Positions 6,479-12,569 of a DNA stretch of 12,569 bases are shown here, in pieces. How positions within the stretch are numbered: the stretch's first letter is position 1; each line of letters begins with the position of its first letter. The stretch covers positions 1 through 12,569 of the forward strand of contig JANPJS010000013.1 of assembly GCA_031425655.1 (NCBI GenBank), given 5' to 3'. The DNA comes from Abditibacteriaceae bacterium (GTDB taxonomy: Bacteria; Armatimonadota; Abditibacteriia; Abditibacteriales; Abditibacteriaceae). The notes under the pieces were generated by a model that was given only the letters and a program-made list of their open reading frames with translations, was not told where the DNA came from and ran no database searches. Both the position numbers and the translations under genes were made by a program.

Positions 6479-9184
6479 ATGACCGGAAACGAACTTCGCC
6501 AACAATACCTTCAATTCTTCGAGTCGAAAGATTCGCTTATCATCCCCAGCGGGTCGCTGATTCCCAGCGACCCGACCACGCTTTTGACTTCGGCGGGAAT
6601 GCAGCCCCTCGTGCCTTATTTTAAAGGCGAGGAAACGCCGCCCAAATCGCGCCTCGCTTCATGCCAGAAGTGCTGCCGCGCCGACGACATTGAGCAAGTC
6701 GGCGTGACGTGGCGCCACGCCTCGTTTTTCGAGATGCTCGGCAACTTTTCCTTCGGCGATTATTTCAAGCGCGAGGCCATCGTTTGGGGCTGGGAGTTCC
6801 TCACAAAGACGCTGGGCATTGACCCGAAAGTTTTGTGGGTCAGCGTCTATCACGAAGATACTGAAGCGCCGGAAATCTGGCGCCGCGATGTCGGGCTTTC
6901 CGACGAGCGCATTTATCGCTTCGATAAAAAAGACAACTGGTGGGGGCCGGTCGGACGCAGCGGCCCGTGCGGCCCGGACAGCGAAATCTTCTTCGACCGA
7001 GGCGCCAAATACGACACCGGCGACCCAGAAATGGATCGTCCGGGCGGCGATGGCGACCGCTACGGCGAAATCTGGAATTTGGTTTTTCAGCAATATAATC
7101 AGCAGGAAGACGGCACGCTGTTGCCTCTGCCGGCGCCCGGCATTGACACCGGCATGGGTCTCGAACGCACTGCGGCGATTTTGCAGGGCGTGGACACCAT
7201 TCACCACACCGATTTATTCGCGCCGATTACGCAGGCGATTGTTCATATTGGCAAGGCTGGCCCTCCCCTAACCCCTCCCGGAGGGAGGGGAGAACACGCT
7301 CCTCCCCCTCCGGCGGGCGCCCTCTGGGCCGGTGCTGGGTGGGGGCAATCCGCCGACCTGCCCTTCATCGCCACGCCTCTCGCGCTCGACCCGCAAGACC
7401 CAACGACATGGCCGATTCGCGTTATCGCCGATCACATTCGCGCCGCGACGTTTTTGGCCGCCGACGGCATCGTTCCGGGCAACAACGGGCGCGATTATAT
7501 GCTGCGCCGCTTTATTCGCCGCGCGTTCCTGATGGGCCGCAAATTGGGCTACGAAAAGGCGTTTTTGCACCGCATCGTGCCGGTTATCGCGCGCGGCTAC
7601 GGCGACATTTATCCCGAAGTGCGCGAGCGCGAAAACACCATCGCCGACTTGATCCGACGCGAAGAAGAACGCTTTGAAACCACGCTGTCGGGTGGTATGA
7701 ACCGCTTGGATGATCTGGTCGAATCGCTGAAAAACTCCGGCGAAAAAACTCTGCCCGGCGACGAAGCGTTTCGCCTTTACGAGACCTTCGGCTTTCCGCT
7801 CGAACTCACGCGCGAAATGGCAATGGAGCAGGGGATGGCCATTGACGAAGCCGGCTATCACGCCGCCGCCGAGCGTCATTCTAAGATTTCCGGCTCCGCT
7901 GTCGGTGAATACGAAAAGCATCGCTTCGGACAAGCCGAAACCGCGTTCGTGGGCTACGATCAAACGCGCTGCGAAGCGCAGCTTCTCGACTTTGCGCCGG
8001 GTGAAAATGGGCGCTATTTCGTTTTGCTCGACAAAACTCCGTTTTACGCCGAAAGCGGCGGGCAAATCGGCGATTCCGGCGAGTTAGTGGCCGACAATTT
8101 TCGGGCGCTGGTTCATGACACCAAAAAGGAAGGCAAGGCGTGGAGCCACGAAGTTGAAATCGTTGAAGGCGAATTGCAAAAAGGCGTGAGCGTGGAAGCC
8201 GTCGTAGACACAGAGCGACGCAATGCTATCGAACGCGCGCATTCGTCCACACACTTGTTGCACGCCGCGCTTCGTGAGCATTTGGGCACGCACGTCGCGC
8301 AACGCGGCTCGCTCGTCGCGCCCGACCGATTGCGTTTCGATTTCGTGCATAACGCGCCGCTCAGCGAAGACGAAATTACGCGCGTCGAAGACACGCTGAA
8401 CGCTGCAATTTTGCGTTCGCTGCCCGTCGAAATCACGCACACATCGCTGGTCGAAGCCAAAGCCTCCGGCGCGATGGCCTTGTTCGGCGAAAAATACGGC
8501 GACATCGTGCGAACCGTGAAAATGGGTGATTTCAGCCTCGAATTATGCGGCGGCACGCACTTATCCACGACAAGCGCAGCGGGTTTGTGCCGCATCGTCA
8601 GCGAAGGCGGCGTCAGCGCCAACGTGCGCCGCATCGAAGCCCTGACCGGAAGTGCCGCCTTGCGCCATGACCGCGACCGCGACCGCGTTTTGCGTGAAAC
8701 CGCACGACAGTTGGGCGCGCAACCCGACAACGCCGTCGTCGCGGCGGAAAAGCTGCGCCAGCGCGTGCGCGATTTAGAACGCCTATTGCAGCAAGCGCAA
8801 CAGAAAATGGCCTCGGCCAGCGCCGGAGATTTGCTCGGCGGCGCGTTGGACGTAAACGGCGTGAAACTCGTCGCCACACGCGCGCCGCAAGGCCTTTCCG
8901 CCACTGCATTGCGTGATTTGGCCGACCAACTCGCCGCCAAACTCGACGGCGTCGTCGCGCTCGCCGCCGAATCCGAAGGCAAAGTGCTGCTCGCCGTCAA
9001 AGCCTCGCCAAGCGCTGTAAAAGCAGGCGCGCACGCCGGTAATTTGGTGCGCGAACTGGCCAAAATCACCGGCGGCGGCGGCGGCGGCAGGGCCGATTTC
9101 GCGCAAGCCGGCGGCAAAGACGCCACGAAGATTGACGAAGCGTTGAGCGCGGCGCAAGCATTGTTGGGCGCGCAGGTGAAGTAA
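6479..9184 (+). CDS. alaS: Alanine--tRNA ligase, 901 aa
   Basis: ATG at 6479 (MTGNELRQQYLQFF) with AAGGA upstream. Hallmarks: DPTTLLTSAGMQP, FFEMLGNFSFGDYFK, GPCGPDSEI, IDTGMGLER, IADHIRA, TPFYAESGGQIGD, editing-site HSSTHLLH and ELCGGTH, and C-terminal GGGGGRADFAQAGG. Confidence 0.98.
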   Translation: MTGNELRQQYLQFFESKDSLIIPSGSLIPSDPTTLLTSAGMQPLVPYFKGEETPPKSRLASCQKCCRADDIEQVGVTWRHASFFEMLGNFSFGDYFKREAIVWGWEFLTKTLGIDPKVLWVSVYHEDTEAPEIWRRDVGLSDERIYRFDKKDNWWGPVGRSGPCGPDSEIFFDRGAKYDTGDPEMDRPGGDGDRYGEIWNLVFQQYNQQEDGTLLPLPAPGIDTGMGLERTAAILQGVDTIHHTDLFAPITQAIVHIGKAGPPLTPPGGRGEHAPPPPAGALWAGAGWGQSADLPFIATPLALDPQDPTTWPIRVIADHIRAATFLAADGIVPGNNGRDYMLRRFIRRAFLMGRKLGYEKAFLHRIVPVIARGYGDIYPEVRERENTIADLIRREEERFETTLSGGMNRLDDLVESLKNSGEKTLPGDEAFRLYETFGFPLELTREMAMEQGMAIDEAGYHAAAERHSKISGSAVGEYEKHRFGQAETAFVGYDQTRCEAQLLDFAPGENGRYFVLLDKTPFYAESGGQIGDSGELVADNFRALVHDTKKEGKAWSHEVEIVEGELQKGVSVEAVVDTERRNAIERAHSSTHLLHAALREHLGTHVAQRGSLVAPDRLRFDFVHNAPLSEDEITRVEDTLNAAILRSLPVEITHTSLVEAKASGAMALFGEKYGDIVRTVKMGDFSLELCGGTHLSTTSAAGLCRIVSEGGVSANVRRIEALTGSAALRHDRDRDRVLRETARQLGAQPDNAVVAAEKLRQRVRDLERLLQQAQQKMASASAGDLLGGALDVNGVKLVATRAPQGLSATALRDLADQLAAKLDGVVALAAESEGKVLLAVKASPSAVKAGAHAGNLVRELAKITGGGGGGRADFAQAGGKDATKIDEALSAAQALLGAQVK
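7259..7346. repeat. REP-like palindromic element inserted in frame inside alaS
   Basis: C-tract/G-tract block: CCCTCCCCTAA, then hairpin CCCCTCCC-gga-GGGAGGGG (7272-7290), then an inverted degenerate partner CTCCCCCTCCGG...GCTGGGTGGGGG. It encodes GPPLTPPGGRGEHAPPPPAGALWAGAGWG, which is foreign to AlaRS. Confidence 0.75.
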
Positions 9185-9212
9185 GTTCGGGGTGCGCTTC
9201 GGCGCGTGAGCC

Positions 9213-9250
9213 AAAGGCGCCGCGCATTGTGCGGCGCCTTTTCACTTTTT
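9213..9250 (+). terminator. Rho-independent terminator after alaS
   Basis: GC-rich stem GGCGCCGC...GCGGCGCC (9216-9238) followed by TTTTCACTTTTT. Confidence 0.85.
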
Positions 9251-9269
9251 CCAGAGCAGGAAATCCATT

Positions 9270-10096
9270 ATGGAACAGCTTCGTATCATCGTTTTTGGCG
9301 CGCATCCGGATGATTGCGACATCGTAGCGGGCGGCACGGCAGCGTTGTGGGCGCAGGCAGGACATCTCGTTAAATTGGTTGCTGTGACCAATGGCGATGC
9401 CGGGCACCAAACTATGGCCAGCGCGGCTTTAGCGCAACGCCGTCACGCCGTCACGCCGAAACGCAGGCTGCGGCGAAGGTGCTGGGCGTGGAATATGTGG
9501 TGCTGGACAATCACGACGGCGAACTGCTGCCCTCGTTGGAAAATCGCCGCGAAATCATCCGTCTGATTCGGGAACACCGGCCTCATCTGGTGCTGGGGCC
9601 GCGCCCTTACGATTATCATCCCGACCATCGTTATACCGCAATTTTGGTGCAGGATGCGGCTTACATGGTGACAGTTCCCAATGTGGTGGCCTCCGCGGTG
9701 CATTTGCCGCATAACCCGCTCATCATGTATGTCAGTGACCACTTTCAGAAGCCGTATCCGTTTACGCCCGATGTCGTCGTGGATATTGATGCGACAATTG
9801 AAAAGAAAATCGCGGCTTTGGCCTGCCATGAATCGCAGTTCTTCGAGTGGCTGCCTTACAATGCCGGAAATCTGCACGAAGTGCCGCAAGATGCAACTGC
9901 GCGCTCCGAATGGCTGCACAATCGCATGAAACACCGCCTCAGCCGCGATGCCAAGCGGTTCCGGCAGCAGTTAATCGCGCATTATGGCCCGCAGCATGGC
10001 AGCGACATTTGTTTTGCCGAAGCCTTTGAACTCTGCGAATACGGTGCGCCGCTTACGCCGGAATTGAAACAAAAATTGTTTGAGTTTTCCAACTGA
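9270..10096 (+). pseudogene. PIG-L/LmbE-family deacetylase, frameshifted (272 aa if repaired)
   Basis: The first frame has GAHPDD and VTNGDAG. The second frame has LDNHDGEL, HPDH, VDI...KIAALACHESQ and AEAF. Removing one ACGCCGTC unit at 9437-9458 joins them as AQRRHAETQAAAKVLG; 827-8=819 nt, or 273 codons. Confidence 0.9.
9437..9458 (+). repeat. 8-bp tandem repeat ACGCCGTC x2.75 causing the frameshift
   Basis: ACGCCGTC-ACGCCGTC-ACGCCG read directly from the sequence. Confidence 0.95.
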
Positions 10097-10144
10097 AGAA
10101 AACGACTCAGGAAGCCTCACGTTCGCGGGCGAGCCGGGCTTTGA

Positions 10145-10348
10145 GAAGCTGTCTGAGAATAGCTATCAATCCTGAGTTGAGCCGCTTTCAAGAGGACGCG
10201 GAGCTTCGCTTCGCAGATTTTATGCGCGGATTTTCGCTGATTTCTTTCGGTAAAACCGCGAAAATCAAAGCCGTTTCCGCGTAGCGAAGCTCCGCGTCCT
10301 ATCGAAAAGTCTTCGATTTGAGGCTTTGACGAATTCCCAGACAGCTTC
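10145..10348. mobile_element. 204-bp MITE with 16-bp TIRs and a 3-bp target duplication
   Basis: GAAGCTGTCTGAGAAT (10145-10160) / ATTCCCAGACAGCTTC (10333-10348), 15/16 match. Flanked by TGA at 10142-10144 and 10349-10351. Internal perfect 18-bp inverted repeat 10193-10210 / 10283-10300 and a 9-bp one 10229-10237 / 10258-10266. Confidence 0.85.
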
Positions 10349-10392
10349 TGAGAGTTAAGGCGCTACGCACTGCCATCGCACAACGCTTCGTT

Positions 10393-11214
10393 TCATGCAA
10401 TGGGAGGACGATTCGCCGGGCGGTTGTATTGAATACAGCGTCGCAGAAACTCATTGAGTCTCGCTCCGGCGATAGGATCGTGCATTTCAATAAAGCTAAT
10501 CGTTTCCTCCCAACTGAGAGCCTTTATTTGAGTAGCGGCCAGAACGGGAATAAACCACTCCTGAAACCATTCCGTCTTCGTGGCTTCGTAGCCTTCGGTT
10601 CGTGCCTCAACTTTTGCACGCAAAGCGTTTCTATCGAGTAAAGGCGCAAAGAGATTCAACTCGATTTGTTCTTTGGGTGCCAAAACGTAGAAACCTATGT
10701 TTGTGAATTCGCCGGGTGGGCGTTTAGCTCTATAGAGGATTTCGGCGATGCAAGCCATATTGCGTGCGGCTTGGTCAAAGGTGGCAGCCCGACGAGTTCC
10801 TGCTGAAAGGCTGCTGAACATTTTTGCTTCCGCGATCACCAGTTGTTTTGCTTCGGGCAAAAGGCTTAAATCGCCGCGACCTTGCGCTCCGATGTGAAAA
10901 TGGCCAATCGCACCATCGGCGTGTGTCCAACTTTCGGCAAGCTCGTCGCCGCGATGACGAGCCAAAAACTGGCTTGGAAGTAAAGCTTCCGAAAACCACC
11001 GGCTTCCCTCAGCGAAAGTGAGAGGATGGTGCATGGCAGGCTGTTGCGCGAACCAATCGAGAATTAATCGAAGCATCCAGCCTTCGTTAAACAGTGAGGT
11101 AGGATGCATTACGGCGGCATCAGAGCCGCAAGCAGCCATAAGTTCTCCAACACGATGCAGCGCTGAATCTTTAGAAATTGACATAGAGTCTTCCGAAGTC
11201 TCTTCCTCTTTCAT
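10393..11214 (-). CDS. Hypothetical protein, candidate PD-(D/E)XK nuclease fold, 273 aa (alternative start 11184)
   Basis: Long ORF of globular composition between ada and the MITE. Motif series NE44GW, THAD100G, VIAE129AK131, DQ148AARN. The CDS is well supported; the nuclease function is inference. Confidence 0.7.
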   Translation of the reverse strand: MKEEETSEDSMSISKDSALHRVGELMAACGSDAAVMHPTSLFNEGWMLRLILDWFAQQPAMHHPLTFAEGSRWFSEALLPSQFLARHRGDELAESWTHADGAIGHFHIGAQGRGDLSLLPEAKQLVIAEAKMFSSLSAGTRRAATFDQAARNMACIAEILYRAKRPPGEFTNIGFYVLAPKEQIELNLFAPLLDRNALRAKVEARTEGYEATKTEWFQEWFIPVLAATQIKALSWEETISFIEMHDPIAGARLNEFLRRCIQYNRPANRPPIA

Positions 11215-11250
11215 ATTGAGCTGCGAGTGTAATTGAGGACGGCAGTTGCG

Positions 11251-12333
11251 TCACGTTAAACCATCACGCTCGCGTTTCAGCAGCGCCTTTTTGCGTTCCA
11301 AGCCCCAGCGATAACCGGCTAAAGCGCCGCCTTCGCGCACCACGCGATGGCACGGCACAACTAAAGCGACGGGATTGGTCGCGCAGGCTCTGGCGACGGC
11401 GCGCACGGCTGTGGGCTGGCCGAGGGAGTGCGCGACTTGCGAATAAGTGCGCGTTTGGCCATAGCCGATGGCGCGTAATTCCTGCCAGACACGGCGCTGA
11501 AACGCCGTCGCCTGCACGTCGAGCGGCAAATCGAGATGCGGCGTGTGACCTTCCAAAGAGCGCAGCAGCGTTTGCAAATGTTCCTCAAGTTCGGCTTCGT
11601 CGCGATGAATTTCGGCGCCGGGAAATTCTGCTCGCAAGGCGGCTTCGAGCGATTCGGGCGCATCGCCCAAAGCGACCGAACACACGCCTTTTGGCGTCGC
11701 GGCGACGAGCAGAAAGCCCAGCGCGCAGGGCGCGATGCCATAAGTGATATATGCTCCCGCGCCGCCGCGCCGATAAGTGGCGGGCGTCATGCCAAGCTGC
11801 GACGGCGCGCGTTCATAAAGGCCGCGACTGGAACCCAATCCGGCGTCGTATTGCGCGCCGAGAATCGAATCGCCGCTCTGCAGCGACGTTTTGAGATGCT
11901 TCAATCGAAATGCCTCCGCATATTCGCGCGGCGTAACCCCGGTGATTTGTTTGAAAGTGCGCTGCAAATGAAAGGCGCTGGCGCCGGTCTTTTCTGCCAA
12001 TTCAGACAGCGAAAGCGGCTCTTCGATATTCTCTTCAATCAAACGACAGGCGCGTTCGGCGCGCTCGACTTGAAGCGTTTGAAATTGGTCGGGACGGCAG
12101 CGTTTGCAGGGTCGGAAGCCGGCCCGTGCGGCGACTTCCGGCGAGTCGAAAAAGCGTGCGTTGGCGCGTTGCGGGCGCCGCGACGGGCACGAGGGGCGGC
12201 AAAAGATACGCGTCGAAGTGACGCCGTAAACGAAGGTGCCGTCGGCGCGCTCATCGCGGATTAGCACGGCTTGCCAGAGAATTGATTCTGCGCTTTCGTT
12301 TTTCACAGTTGGGTCGAGTATTTGTGGTTGCAT
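11251..12333 (-). CDS. ada: Bifunctional transcriptional activator / O6-methylguanine-DNA methyltransferase Ada, 360 aa
   Basis: N-terminal Zn/methylphosphotriester domain (DGTFVYGVTSTRIFCRPSC...FRPCKRC), AraC-type HTH (HLQRTFKQITGVTP), and C-terminal methyltransferase active site PCHRV followed by GYRWG. Confidence 0.97.
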   Translation of the reverse strand: MQPQILDPTVKNESAESILWQAVLIRDERADGTFVYGVTSTRIFCRPSCPSRRPQRANARFFDSPEVAARAGFRPCKRCRPDQFQTLQVERAERACRLIEENIEEPLSLSELAEKTGASAFHLQRTFKQITGVTPREYAEAFRLKHLKTSLQSGDSILGAQYDAGLGSSRGLYERAPSQLGMTPATYRRGGAGAYITYGIAPCALGFLLVAATPKGVCSVALGDAPESLEAALRAEFPGAEIHRDEAELEEHLQTLLRSLEGHTPHLDLPLDVQATAFQRRVWQELRAIGYGQTRTYSQVAHSLGQPTAVRAVARACATNPVALVVPCHRVVREGGALAGYRWGLERKKALLKRERDGLT

Positions 12334-12376
12334 TTGTAATCTCTTGTTTTAAGAGCGCCTAAATAAAAGAGAAATA

Positions 12377-12491
12377 AACCACTGATGAACACCGAGGGAC
12401 ACGGATAATAAGCGAGTTGGGCCTTGCGCTGCCAAAGGCACAAGGCAAAATCAACAAATCGAAATCCGTGTCCTCCGGGTGCCCTCTGGGC
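12377..12491. repeat. Degenerate inverted repeat pair (REP-like) upstream of ada
   Basis: GGACACGGAT (12397-12406) pairs with ATCCGTGTCC (12464-12473). The left arm is AACCACTGATGAACACCGAGGGACACGGAT. The right arm runs into GGGTGCCCTCTGGG. Confidence 0.55.
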
Positions 12492-12569
12492 CAATGGCAT
12501 TAAGTTAGTGAAAGAAGAGCGGCTTTGCCGCTCCTGAAAACCCCCAACCCCCTTGGTAAGGGGGCTAAA
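12492..12569. mobile_element. Probable left end of an IS4-like MITE, truncated by the window edge
   Basis: Begins CAATGGCATTAAGTTAG, which matches 11 of the first 17 nt of the E. coli IS4 end TAATGCCGATCAGTTAAG as I recall it. Followed by hairpins GAGCGGC-ttt-GCCGCTC (12517-12533) and CCCCCTT-ggt-AAGGGGG (12548-12564). The partner end is not visible. Confidence 0.45.

Noticed and set aside
8669..8686. (GACCGC)3 in alaS, and the GGC run near 9071-9088
   Set aside because: Both are in frame. The Gly run is the conserved GGGGG motif of the AlaRS C-terminal domain. There is no sign of phase variation.
6659..9410. Long minus-strand ORFs over alaS (7268-8065, 8113-9126 and others)
   Set aside because: Antisense to a clear housekeeping gene, as expected in GC-rich DNA.
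11536..12264. 242-aa plus-strand ORF
   Set aside because: Antisense to ada, with no recognisable features.
12421..12438. Possible Ada box (minus strand ...CAGCGCAAG)
   Set aside because: Only the GCGCAA half resembles the E. coli site, and the AAT A-box is missing at the expected spacing.

Overview
Bacterial chromosomal window, roughly 57-62% GC by eye. Left half (minus strand): two tandem Sec-secreted proteins with unrelated N-terminal heads (a beta-helix passenger-like region; a 7-bladed delta-60-repeat propeller). They share an ~84% identical double Calx-beta tail ending in the same acidic peptide LFENDEPS[E/Q]. Transcribed divergently are alaS, which carries an in-frame palindromic-repeat insertion, and a PIG-L/LmbE-family deacetylase broken by an 8-bp tandem duplication. 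Right end (minus strand): ada, followed 36 bp later by a lower-GC hypothetical gene with a PD-(D/E)XK-like motif set. The intergenic spaces hold several small palindromic or MITE-like elements (1-151, 10145-10348 with TIRs and a TGA target duplication, 12377-12569 nested). A 17-nt motif CGGGYGCCCTCTGGGCC recurs inside two unrelated repeats. No rRNA, tRNA or CRISPR array was seen. All family assignments are by motif recognition, not database search.
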